DNA of 64,000 bases from Eledone cirrhosa (Eukaryota): assembly GCA_964016885.1 (NCBI GenBank), contig OZ024744.1, positions 91,698,001 through 91,762,000 of the forward strand, in the 5' to 3' direction. The notes under the pieces were generated by a model. It was not told the DNA's origin. It worked only from the letters and a program-made list of their open reading frames with translations, and made no database searches. The position numbers and the translations under genes were made by a program. This document shows, in pieces, positions 1 through 12,670 of this stretch (the stretch's first letter is position 1; every line of letters begins with the position of its first letter).

Positions 1-197
1 CACAGTAAAAAAGCACCCAGCCCGCACTGTAAATGAGGTTGGTGTTAGGAAAGGCATCCAGCTGTAGAAATCAAGCCAGAATCAGTTCTTGTATAAGCAT
101 GACATGGTCACCTGACCTGGCATTGCACACAACAGGACAACCCGTCTAACCCATGCTAGGTGGAAGAATGGACGTAAAACAGTGATGATGATGATGA
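1..197 (+). mobile_element. RTE LINE 3'UTR fragment (subfamily A) with (GAT)n tail
   Basis: Matches the 3'UTR of the RTE at 29187-29491: AAAAAAGCACCCAG, GTTGGTGTTAGGAA(A/G)GGCATCCAGCTGTAGAAA, AACCCATGCTAG...GGACGTAAAAC-(GAT)n. Confidence 0.85.
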
Positions 198-354
198 TAT
201 ATAAGCAAAAAAAAAATGGAGGAGAATGGAATACATTTAAAAACAAAATTTACTTCTTACACAGTGTTTCATCTAAGGCGTAATAGCAACATAACAGGTT
301 TATATATGTGTGTGTAAATATCATATATATTATTATAAAGATTATAATATGCAG

Positions 355-540
355 GGGGATTGGCAGTATCGGTAGAGGGTCGGACACAATGCTTTCCAGC
401 ATAGTTACGTCCCTTTACAGTCTGAGTTCAAATCCCGCCGAGGTTAACTTTGCCTTTCATCCTTATGGGGTCGATAAAATAAAGTACCAGTAATGTACTG
501 TGATAATTGCTGGCCTTGTGCCAAAAGTAGAAACCATTAT
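355..540 (+). mobile_element. SINE family B (tRNA-derived, Nin/Deu-like core)
   Basis: A-box TGGCAGTATCGG, B-box GAGTTCAAATCC, core TTGCCTTTCATCCTTAYGGGGTCGATAAAATAAAGTACC; about 20 copies in the window. Confidence 0.85.
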
Positions 541-615
541 TATAAAGATTATGTGCTTAGAACCTATATATATGTGTTGTAGTACACCTGAGCACTAAAC
601 ACAATAATTTTCATT

Positions 616-795
616 TTGGCAGTATCGATATAGGGTCGGACATGCTTTCCGGCATAGAGTTACGTCCCTTTATGATCTGAGTACAAATTCCGTCAAGGTT
701 AACTTTGTCTTTCATCTTTACGAGGTCGATAAAATAAAGTACCAGTAATTTACTGAGATAATTGCTGGCCTTGTGTCAAAAGTTGAAACAATTAT
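616..795 (+). mobile_element. SINE family B
   Basis: Diverged copy of 355-540. Confidence 0.8.
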
Positions 796-1000
796 TATAT
801 ACGTATGGATTTGTGTGTGTATTTATTTATGTATATGTATCTGTATGTGTAAATGTATATATATATCCATATGTATATATATATATGTCTATTATATATA
901 TGTATGATATATATATATATATATATATGTTTCAAGCATTAACCTAATATATTCCTTCCATATACTGTACTGATTGTGTTGTTATTTCTGTTTACCTTTT

Positions 1001-1873
<873 letters not shown>

Positions 1874-2370
1874 TATACTCACTCACATACATGTATTTAA
1901 CTAATTATAGGTCACTTTTTGTCCTTTAGTCATTGTTTTGGGTTTTGTTATTTGATTTTGTTGTTATTTTTTGTTATATATTGATATAGACATAGCTAAC
2001 TATATTTTTGTTGTTGTTGTCAATGTTGTTGTTGTTGATCTTATAGATTGTTATATATATATTTTTTTTTATGTTGTTGTTCTTATCAATTGGTATAGAC
2101 ATAGCAAGCTATATTTTTGTTGTTAACATTGTCGTTTTTGTTGATTTTGTTGATGTTGTTGTTTTTCAGATTTGATAAAGATATAGCTAGCCAAACTTTT
2201 CTTGTTGTTGTTGCTGTTGTTATATATTTTATGTATCTGTCTCTCCTCATATTGGAGTTCCGGTCATTTCGACAGCTGTTCGGATGTAGCTGTCAAAACA
2301 GCTGGAGCTCAGCCGTCGGTGTCTTGAATCTTTTCATATATATAAATATATATACATATTTATTTTTTTA

Positions 2371-2701
2371 TCATCATTTTACGTCCGCTTTTTCCCTGCT
2401 TGCAAGGGTGGGATGGGAACTGATTCTGGCTTGATTTCTACAGCAGGATGCCCTTCCTAACACCAACCTCATTTAGAGTGAGTGCTGGGTGCTTTTTTGC
2501 CGTGGCACCTCCACGACCACTCTGCAGTGGAATGATAGGGACCCCAGTCCCTATCATCTCATTTCTACAGCTGAGTAAACTGGAGCAATGTGAAATAAAG
2601 TGTCTTGCTCAAGGAAACTACACATCACTCGGTCTGAGAATTGAACTCAAAACCTTTCGATTGCAAGGCCAATGCTCTAACCACTAAGCCATGTGCCTCC
2701 A
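2371..2701 (-). mobile_element. SINE family A (tRNA head, CORE/MESC-like segment, RTE-derived tail)
   Basis: Minus strand: A-box TGGCTTAGTGG, B-box GAGTTCAATTC, TCCTTGAGCAAGACACTT core, tail shared with the RTE 3'UTR, (GAT)n end. Confidence 0.9.
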
Positions 2702-2740
2702 TTATATATATATCATCATCATCATTTAACGTCTATCTAT

Positions 2741-3610
2741 TTAATGGGAAGCTGCCAGCCGAGTAGAGATCACAAAGGCTATCAGTGATGAACGCCACCT
2801 ACTTCACGGACGAGAACCTCCAGCCCAACGACTGAAGTCAAGGAGAAGCTTCCTCAGCCATGTCCAGCCCCTAACAACATCTCAGGAAGAAACCAGACTA
2901 CAGCTATGGACTAGAAAGCTAGAGAATGACTCCCCTCCTATTGACATGGGAATCGGCCCCCTTCTGAACCCCTGGCTCCTGGCTCAGAAGCACCATGGGT
3001 CCAGTGGAAGACACTCAACCGCCTGAGAACAGGAATGGGGTGATCAAAAGCTTCTATGGCCAGATGGGGCTACAAGACCGGGGCCCCACCATCTGCGAAT
3101 GCGGAGAGGAGGACCATAGGATGTAGCACTGCCTTGTTTGCCCTCTACTACCCAACCAGTGCAGCTTAAAAGATCTCGCAGAATTTAATAATAATTGTTT
3201 CTACTTTTGGCACAAGGCCAGCAATTACCCAGTGCATTACTGGTACTTTATTTTACCGACCCCGTAAGGATGAAAAGCAAAGTTAACCTCGGCGGGATTT
3301 GAACTCAGACCGTAAAGGGACATAACTATTGTTTCTATTTTAGGCACCTGGCCAGCAAATACCCAGTACATTACTGGTACTTTATTTTATCGACCCCGTA
3401 AGGATGAAAGGCAAAGTTAACCTTGGCGGGATTTCAACTCAGATCATAAAGAGACGTAACTCTATGCTTCAAAGCATGGTGTCCGACTCTCTGCCGATAC
3501 TGCCAATCCGCTGGAAAGATGGCGTCCGACCCTCCACCGATACTGCCAATCCACCGCAGAATTTAATAATAATGCAAAGGACTGTGTAAAGAAATGGGAA
3601 ACTGTCATAT
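2741..3610 (+). pseudogene. Degenerate Vingi/Ingi-like non-LTR retrotransposon 3' end
   Basis: Manual translation gives QRLKSRRSFL...WKTLNRLRTGMG*SKASMARWGY...CECGEEDHRM*HCLVCP, with stops and frameshifts; interrupted by a SINE B dimer. Confidence 0.7.
3196..3554 (-). mobile_element. Head-to-tail SINE B dimer under a single TSD
   Basis: Two SINE B bodies flanked by CGCAGAATTTAATAATAAT at 3177-3195 and 3555-3573. Confidence 0.85.
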
Positions 3611-3649
3611 AACCACAGGCTTCGAAGATACAAAACGAAGGAAGGAAAG

Positions 3650-4430
3650 TCTATCTGCCACGCTAGCATGGGTTAGATGGGAATTGTCCCACTTGAGGCA
3701 AGATTGATCAGGTGACCGTGTCTCGTTCGTATAGGACTGTATCTGGCAGGTCTTCTACAGCTGGATGCCCTTCCTAACACCAACCACATTTACAGTGTAG
3801 ACTGGGAGCCTTTTTACCATGTCTCCTACACAATCACTATTCAGTGTGGACTGTGTGTTTTTTTTTTGTCGTGACACCTACACAACCTCTTTAGTTTGGA
3901 CTGGATGTTGTGATACCAACATAACTTTACAGAGAAAGGGTGGTGTGGGTGGAAGTGGGAGGATGGGGTAAGGGTAGTGGGTTGGGGGTGTATATTTGGT
4001 TAAGAGGCGCCTACAGACTGTAGGTTTAACTTTGCATGTAGGGAAGGCAGGCCTTCTATATCACTGCGTGGCACCTAAGATCTCAATCCAGTGACATTGT
4101 CTTAGAGAGGCGTAGGTGTGCAAGTTCGGATTTTATCATGTCATCCCAGGTTTTTCTGGGTCTACTTACTCTGTAACTTCCATCAATTTTGATTGCTCTG
4201 CACTTTTTTATACAGCTGTCATCTTTCATGCACATCACGTGACCATAACAACGTAGTCTTCTCTCAAGTATACGACATCTGATCCCTCTTATTCCTAATT
4301 TCTCACTTAGTTCATTTATGTTTTGCCGTTCGTGTATATTACTATTACACATCCAGCGGAGCATGGATGCTTTGTTCCTTTCCACTCTACGCACTGCCAT
4401 GAACATTGCTGTTTATATACAAGCATCATA
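3650..4430 (-). mobile_element. RTE LINE 3' fragment (subfamily B)
   Basis: ORF 4083-4406 (SMLRWMCN...RRLRCYGHV...RPRKTWD) is homologous to the C-terminus of the 1036-aa RTE ORF; B-type 3'UTR follows. Confidence 0.9.
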
Positions 4431-4432
4431 CA

Positions 4433-4473
<41 letters not shown>

Positions 4474-4515
4474 TCAAGCTATATTTTTTATGTTCTTGTT
4501 CTTATCAATTGATTG

Positions 4516-5646
4516 TCACACAGTAATACAGAGTACCCGACCCCCCATGGGTACAAGCCGAAGCTGAAGCATATAGACAATATGCCCCCACCTCCTTCCC
4601 ACTGTAAAGTGGTGGTGTAGGTGCCACGGCATAAAAGCACCCAGCCCACACTGTAAAGTGGACATGTAGGCGCCACAGTAAAAAAGCACCCAGCCCACAC
4701 TGTAAAGTGGACATGTAGGCGCCACAGTAAAAAAGCACCCAGCCCACAATGTAAAGTGGACATATAGGCGCCACAGTAAAAAAGCACCCAGCACTCACTG
4801 TAAAGTGGTCTTGTAGGCGCCACAGTAAAAAAGCACCCAGCTCACACTGTAAAGTGGGCATGTAGGCGCCACAGTAAAAAAGCACCCAGCCCACACTGTA
4901 AAGTGGACATGTAGGCGCCACAGTAAAAAAGCACCCAGCCCACACTGTAAAGTGGACATGTAGGCGCCACAGTAAAAAAGCACCCAGCCCACACTGTAAA
5001 GTGGACATGTAGGCGCCACAGTAAAAAAGCACCCAGCCCACACTGTAAAGTGGACATGTAGGCGCCACAGTAAAAAAGCACCCAGCCCACACTGTAAAGT
5101 GGACATGTAGGCGCCACAGTAAAAAAGCACCCAGCACTCACTGTAAAGTGGACATGTAGGCGCCACAGTAAAAAAGCATCCAGCCCACACTGTAAAGTGG
5201 ACATATAGGCGCCACAGTAAAAAAGCATCCAGCCCACACTGTAAAGTGGACATATAGGCGCCACAGTAAAAAAGCATCCAGCCCACACTGTAAAGTGGAC
5301 ATATAGGCGCCACAGTAAAAAAGCATCCAGCACTCACTGTAAAGTGGACATGTAGGCGCCACAGTAAAAAAGCATCCAGCACTCACTGTAAAGTGGACAT
5401 GTAGGCGCCACAGTAAAAAAGCACCCAGCACTCACTGTAAAGTGGACATGTAGGCGCCACAGTAAAAAAGCACCCAGCACTCACTGTAAATGAGGTTGGT
5501 GTTAGGAAGGGCATCCAGCTGTAGAAATCAAGCCAGAATCAATTCCTGTATGAACAAGACAAGGTCAGCCGACCGGACACTGCCCACAACAGGACAACCC
5601 ATCTAACCCATGCTAGCGTCGAAGAACGGACGTATAACGGTGATGA
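4516..5646 (+). mobile_element. RTE 3' fragment (subfamily A) with expanded 49-bp array
   Basis: Flanks match the RTE 3'UTR on both sides of the array. Confidence 0.85.
4600..5481 (+). repeat. 49-bp minisatellite, 18 copies
   Basis: Unit CACTGTAAAGTGGACATGTAGGCGCCACAGTAAAAAAGCACCCAGCCCA with period 49. Confidence 0.95.
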
Positions 5647-5737
5647 TAGCTAGCTATAGTTTTCTTGTTGATGCTATTGTTAATGTTGTTGTTGTTCTTC
5701 TTATAAATTTATATATATATATATTTAATATAGAAAT

Positions 5738-5790
5738 GGCTTCTACAGGACTAGAACTGTTTCATTCGAAGGATATCATCAGGGAAAGCC
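5738..5790 (-). ncRNA. Degenerate type I hammerhead ribozyme motif
   Basis: ggctttcc CTGATGA tatccttcgaat GAAA cag...ctg TA gaagcc; helix III is intact, helices I and II are imperfect. Confidence 0.5.
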
Positions 5791-5841
5791 CTGCTATGTA
5801 TTGAGTACCTTACTTACTGTGGTTACCCCCGACTGAACCTG

Positions 5842-5909
<68 letters not shown>

Positions 5910-5993
5910 CAAGCTATATTTTTCTTGTTGATATTATTGTTCTTCTTTAAAATCTCTCTCTCTCTCTCTCTAACTCTCTCTCTCGCTCTCTCT

Positions 5994-6025
<32 letters not shown>

Positions 6026-6027
<2 letters not shown>

Positions 6028-6375
6028 TCATCATCATCATCATCATCATTTTACGTCCATGTTTCCCTGCTTGCAAGGGTGGGACGGGAACTGATTCTGG
6101 CTTGATTTCTACAGCTGGATGCCCTTCCTAACACCAACCTCATCTACAGTGAGAGCTGGGTGCTTTTTTGCCGTGGCACCTCCACGACCACTTTGCAGTG
6201 GTATGATAGGGACCCCAGTCCTATCATCTCATTTCTACAGCTGAGTAAACTGGAGCAATGTGAAATAAAGTGTCTTGCTCAAGGAAACAACACATCACCC
6301 GGTCTGAGAATTGAACTCACAACCTTTCGATTGCAAGCCCAATCAATGCTCTAACCACTAAGCCATGTGCCTCCA
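6026..6375 (-). mobile_element. SINE family A
   Basis: Near-identical to 2371-2701; flanked by (TA)n. Confidence 0.9.
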
Positions 6376-6474
6376 CATATATATATATATATATGTGTAT
6401 ATGTGTATACATACATATCATCATCATCATCATCGTTTAACGTCCACATTCCATATATATATTTATATATATAG

Positions 6475-6510
<36 letters not shown>

Positions 6511-6610
6511 GACAGCTTTGCTATATCTGAACCAATTTCTAAGAAGAACAACAACAGCAACAACAATAGCAACATCAACAAAAAAATATAGCTTCATATA
6601 TATATATATA

Positions 6611-7222
<612 letters not shown>

Positions 7223-7283
7223 AGCTATATTTACTATATATAGCTATATATATATCAAGCTATATTTACAAAAAAATATAGCT

Positions 7284-7317
<34 letters not shown>

Positions 7318-7365
7318 TCATCACCGTTTTACGTCCGTTCTTCCATGCTAGCATGGGTTATACAA

Positions 7366-7835
7366 TCATCATCATCATCATCATCAACGTTTAACGTCCG
7401 TGTTCCACGCTTGCATGGGTTTGGACGGGGGTAGTCCCACTTGAGGCAAGAGTGATTGTCTTGCTCGCATAGGACTGTCTGGTAGGTTTTCTACAGTTGG
7501 ATGCCCTTCCTAACACCAACCACACTTACAGTGTGGATCTGGGAGGTTTTTACCGTGTTGCCTACACGGCCACATTACAGCGTGGACTGTGTGTTTTTTT
7601 GTCGTGACACCTACACGATCTCATTTGTTTCGGCCTGGATGGTGTGGCACCAACATAACTTTACATAGAAGGGGGTGGTGTGGATGGGGTGGGGGTGGTG
7701 GGACGGGGGTGTATTTTGTTAGAGATGCCTACTGACTGTAGTAGGTTTTACTTTGTATTTAGGTAAGGCGGGTCTTCTCTATTACTGAGTACCGCCAAAG
7801 GTCTCGGTCCAGTGACATTGTCTTGGTGAGGTGTA
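7366..7835 (-). mobile_element. RTE 3' fragment (subfamily B)
   Basis: Homologous to 33578-34020. Confidence 0.85.
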
Positions 7836-7875
7836 ATATATTAATAAATGGAAACTATATTTATAAAACCATATT

Positions 7876-7941
7876 TATTTTATTATACATATTTCAAGGG
7901 CAACCAAAGCACATTATGGTGTGCTTTCATCAGATAAAATA
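7876..7941 (-). ncRNA. Minimal hammerhead ribozyme motif
   Basis: tattttat CTGATGA aagc...cctt GAAA tatgta TA ataaaata. Confidence 0.7.
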
Positions 7942-7974
7942 CAGATTTGTTTTATAAATAAATATTGACATATA

Positions 7975-8312
7975 TGGAGGCACATGGCTTAGTAGTTAGA
8001 GCATTGGCCTTGCAATCGAAAGGTTGTGAGTTCAATTCGCAGACCGGGTGATGTGTTGTTTCCTTGAGCAAGACACTTTATTTCACATTGCTCCAGTTTA
8101 CTCAGCTGTAGAAATGAGATGATAGGGATTGGGGTCCCTATCATTCCACTGTAAAGTGGTCGTGTAGGTGCCACGGCAAAAAAGCACCCAGGACTCGCTG
8201 TAAATGAGGTTGGTGTTAGGAAGGGCATCCAGCTGTAGAAATCAAGCCAGAATCTGTTCTCGTCCCACCCTTGCAAGCAGGGAAAAAGCGGACATAAAAT
8301 GGAATGATGATG
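7975..8312 (+). mobile_element. SINE family A inserted in the left arm of the fold-back
   Basis: Full-length SINE; removing it restores a continuous inverted repeat. Confidence 0.9.
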
Positions 8313-8418
8313 ATACCCGGAAAAAAGGCAACCTTAACGGTTAAAGCTTTCTGGAGCTCCAACCGTTAAGGTTGTCTTTTTTCCGGGTATGTCAATATTT
8401 ATTTATAAAACAAATCTG

Positions 8419-8484
8419 TATTTTATCTGATGAAAGCGCACCATAATTTGCCTTGGTTGCCCTTGAAATATGTATGATAAAATA
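8419..8484 (+). ncRNA. Minimal hammerhead motif with cleavage triplet AUG (probably inactive)
   Basis: tattttat CTGATGA aagc...cctt GAAA tatgta TG ataaaata. Confidence 0.65.
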
Positions 8485-8675
8485 AATATGGTTTTATAAA
8501 TATAGTTTCCATTTATTAATATATTGTATATTTACTCCACTATCTTGTTGAGTGCTTTATATCAGTTATAAAAATGTTTAAGCTTGTTGAATCCCAACAA
8601 ATTAAATATAACCTCTGCATATATATATATATATACGATATTAACAAATGGAAACTATATTTATAAAACCATATC

Positions 8676-8740
8676 TATTTTATTATATATATTTCAAGGA
8701 TACCATGTTAAATTATGGTATGCTTTCATCAGACAAAATA
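8676..8740 (-). ncRNA. Minimal hammerhead ribozyme motif
   Basis: tattttgt CTGATGA AAG-C-ATACCAT aatttaac ATGGTAT-C-CTT GAAA tatata TA ataaaata. Confidence 0.75.
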
Positions 8741-9214
8741 CAATATATACCAGTTTTATAAATAAATATTGACATACCCTTTCAAAATGCAACCGTTACT
8801 TTTGGAAGACATCAGGGATAGTTAATATCGTATATTTACTCCAAATACTTGTCGAGTGCTTTATATCAGTTATAAAAATATTTGCTTGTTGTATCCCAAC
8901 AATTTAAATAGAACTTTTGCATATATATATATATATATCAAGCTATATTTTTTTGTTGATGTTGCTGTTGTTGTTGAAGTCGTTCTTCTTAGAAATTGGT
9001 TCAGATATAGCAAAGCTATGTTTTTTTTTTTTTACATAGCCCCCCCCTCCTCCTTCTCTTACCTCCAGCAACCCCACCCCACATTCCCATAGTTACACAC
9101 ATTAATACAGCTAGATGTATTAATAATCATTAATTAAGAATTATATTATTATATGGCAACAAAACAGTCATAAAACTGTTACCACATTTACATAGGAGAA
9201 CGGCTGTTGCATAA

Positions 9215-9565
9215 TGATGGTGATGGTGGTGGTGGTGGTGGTGGTGGTGAAGATGGTATTGGTGGTGGTAGTGATGGTGGTGGTGGTGGTAGTGGTAATG
9301 GTGGTGATAGTTATGATGATGGTAGTGATGATGATGATGTGATGATGGTGATGGTGGTATTGGTTATGGTGATGGTGGTGGTAGTGAAGGTGATGGTGGT
9401 GATGATGATGTTGATGGAGATGGTGGTGGTGGTGGTAGTGGTGGTGATGGTGGTGGTGGTGGTGGTGGTGGTGGTGGTGGTGATGGTGGTAGTTATGATG
9501 ATGGTGGTGGTGGTGATGATGATGATGATGATAATGACAATGAGGAAGATGATGATGATGATGAT
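9215..9565. repeat. (GGT/GAT)n compound microsatellite
   Basis: Trinucleotide low-complexity tract. Confidence 0.95.
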
Positions 9566-9749
9566 TACAATGAAGAAGTCAGCTATTTTCATCCATTTTC
9601 AATTCAAGACTCTGAATTTGGTGCTAAAAGTGTCATAACATACCAAACACGGTACTAAAAGTGTTATAATACTGAATTTGGTATTGTAAGTGTCCTAGCG
9701 CATTAAAAATAGTGCTAAAATGGTATAACATACCAGATATGGTGTTAAA

Positions 9750-10890
9750 AGTGTTATAACAGTTATTATGATGTTAACTGTCATAACAGTTATTATGGTG
9801 TTAACATTGTCATAACAGTTATTATAGTGTTAACATTGTCATAACAGTTATTATAGTGTTAACATTATCATAACAGTTATTATGGTGTTAACATTGTCAT
9901 AACAATTATTATGGTGTTAACATTGTCATAACAGTTATTATAGTGTTAACATTGTCATAACAGTTATTATAGTGTTAATATTATCATAACAGTTATTATG
10001 GTGTTAACAATGTTATAACAGTTATTATGATGTTAACTGTCATAAGAGTTATGGTATTAACATTGTCATAACAGTTATTATAGTATTAACATTGTCATAA
10101 CAGTTATTATAGTGTTAACATTGTCATAACAGTTATTATAGTGTTAACATTATCATAACAGTTATTATGGTGTTAACATTGTCATAACAATTATTATGGT
10201 GTTAACAGTGTTATAACAGTTATTATAGTGTTAACATTGTCATAACAGTTATTATAGTGTTAATATTATCATAGCAGTTATTATGGTGTTAACATTGTCA
10301 TAACAGTTATTATGGTGTTAAGTGTCATAGCAGTTATTATGGTGTTAAGTGCCATAACAGTTATTATGGTGTTAACAGTGCCATGACAGTTATTATGATG
10401 TTCTTAGTGTTATAACAGCGATTATGGTGTTAAGTGTCATAACAGATAATGTGGTATTAAATGTTATAACATTTATTATGATGTTAAAAGTGTTATAACA
10501 GTGATTATGGTGTCAACAGTGTTATAACAGTGATTATGGTGTTAACAGTGTTATAACAGTGATTATGGTGTTATCAGTGTTATAACAGTGATTATGATAT
10601 TGTAAGTGTTATAACAGTTATTATGACGTTAAGAGTATCATAACAGTTATTATGGCATTAAAAGTATCATAACAGTTATTATCATGTTAACAGTGTCATA
10701 ACAGTGATTATGGTGTTAGGTGTGTTATAACATTGAGTATGCTGTTAAGTTTCATAACAGTTATTTTAATGTTAACAGTGTTATAACAGTGATTATGGGG
10801 TTATGAGTGTTATAAGTTATTTCTGGTGTTAGGAGTGTCATAGCAGTGATTATGATGTTAACAATCTTATAACAATTATTATGATGTTAG
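9750..10890 (+). repeat. ~29-bp AT-rich minisatellite
   Basis: Unit ATAACAGTTATTATGGTGTTAACATTGTC, degenerating toward both ends. Confidence 0.9.
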
Positions 10891-11045
10891 GAGTGTCTCA
10901 TCATGGTGGTAAAACGTGATAATACACAGAATAAGGTATTGAAAATGTGACAATGTGAAAATGTGTTGTTGGTTGTGAAGTTGATTGATATTAGGGAAAT
11001 GGTTTCCCTCTACGCATCAATAGCATTAGTATTGTGATGAATAAT

Positions 11046-11230
11046 TGTTTCTACTTTTTGGCACAAGGCCAGCAATTACCCAGTGCATTACTGGTACTTT
11101 ATTTTATTGACCCTGTGAGGATGAAAGGCAAAGTCAACCTCGGCGGGATTTGAACTCAGCTCGTTAAGGGACGTAACTATGCTGGAAAGCATGGCATCCG
11201 ACCCTCTACCGATAGTGCCAATCCACTGCC
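11046..11230 (-). mobile_element. SINE family B with 16-bp TSD
   Basis: TATTGTGATGAATAAT is present at 11030-11045 and 11232-11247. Confidence 0.9.
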
Positions 11231-11483
11231 TTATTGTGATGAATAATGACCAACAGTGAAGACATGACTGCTAATTAATATATATATTTAGCTATTGGAT
11301 ATAACAAATCCATATAAGGAAATAATAAGTCATCCGAAATGTTTGAACACTTCAAATTTAGTGCAACCATAATATTATTTTTAATATTATATATCAATAT
11401 AGAGCTCACAGAAAAGGAAAGTACTTTTGTGAAATGTAAATATATTTAGATGTGGTGCTGGTGACATGATAAACTGTATTTAG

Positions 11484-11726
11484 TAGAGTGAAAAGAATGT
11501 ATGCAAGCAAGATCTGGTCCTCCAACTTATCTGACCACTCGGTACACTGGTCAGATAGGTTGGAGGACTAGATCATGCTCGCATACATTCTTGCACTCTA
11601 ACCTCACAGATGGGCCAGGGGCCTGCATCTCCCTTACATATGTTCCCACACATGTAGGAATAACTGTTCCCACAGGTGTGGGAACATATGTAAGGGAGAT
11701 GCAGGCCCCTGGTCCATCTGTGAGGT
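11484..11726. repeat. Two abutting long palindromes
   Basis: Hairpin 1 at 11484-11600 (~53-bp arms, 10-nt loop); hairpin 2 at 11601-11726 (60-bp arms, 6-nt loop). Confidence 0.9.
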
Positions 11727-11767
11727 CAGTAGCTCCTTCTAACCCTTACTAGTAGGGAAAACAAAAG

Positions 11768-12015
11768 TTAATCCTTTAGTTACCAACCCAGCTAAAACCA
11801 ACTCTGGTTCTATGAAATAAAACCACCCATTTTAAAGGTTTCCAATTTAAATTAAAATCTTCCAACATAATTTTATAGAAGAATCTTAAATCATGTTACT
11901 ATCTTTTTAATGAAATAATTAATGATTTTAGTAAATCCCTCAAAATTCTTAATTAATTAATTGATTAATTAAAATAAAATATATTTCATTAGAAATTCAG
12001 TCATGAAAGGGTTAA
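11768..12015 (+). mobile_element. TTAA-flanked MITE (family 2, piggyBac-like ends)
   Basis: TTAATCCTTT...AAAGGGTTAA termini; related to the units at 45821-48320. Confidence 0.6.
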
Positions 12016-12107
12016 TAAAATCATTAATTCCTAATGGACCATTAACAATAATACCAGTGATACACACTGAGTGTATTTCATTAGAAATGTGGCCATGAAA
12101 GGGTTAA

Positions 12108-12606
12108 ATGATGATGATGATGATAATTATGATGATGATGAGGATGATGATGATAATGATTATGATGATGACGATGATGATGATGATGATGATAATGATT
12201 ATGGTGATGACGATGGTGATGATGGTGATGATGAGGATGATAGTGATATGGTAAGGATGATGATGATGATGTAATTGAACTTGTAAGCAAGATACGGGGT
12301 CGATAAAATAAAGTACCAGTAATGTACTGGGTTATTGATGGCCTTGTGCCTAAAGTAGAAACAATTATATAGAATGTTTTAGAGAGAGAGAGAGAAGCAG
12401 GAAGAGAGAGGAGGAGAGAGAGGAGGAGAGAGAGAGGAGAAAAGATAGAGAGAGAGGGGGTGATGGAGAAAGATAGAGGATGAGGCGGGAGTGGGGAGGA
12501 GAGAGAGAGAGACAGAGACAGACAAACAGAGAGAGAGAGAGACAGAGACAGACAAACAGAGAGAGAGAGAGAGAGGGTGAAAGAGAGAGGGGGAGGATGT
12601 GGGAAG

Positions 12607-12638
<32 letters not shown>

Positions 12639-12670
12639 AACAGAGAGAGGGGGAAAGAGAGAGAGAGAGG
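12108..12670. repeat. (GAT)n and (GA)n-rich low-complexity tracts with a partial SINE B (12295-12367)
   Basis: Direct inspection. Confidence 0.9.

Larger units (their letters stand above)
7836..8920. mobile_element. Cluster of Penelope-type pseudo-LTR fragments (fold-back plus further copies)
   Basis: 7836-7972 plus 8313-8342 is the inverted copy of 8361-8525; further copies at 8636-8780 and 8822-8920; similar to the inverted pLTR at 56055-56330. Confidence 0.7.

Noticed and set aside
4488-5431. Repetitive Cys/Trp-rich ORFs
   Set aside because: Products of the 49-bp array read in rotating frames.
4600-5481. CRISPR-like array (also 43839-44867, 19248-20240, 38186-38856, 24912-25540)
   Set aside because: Units are contiguous near-identical tandems with no unique spacers, there are no cas genes, and most derive from retroelement tails.
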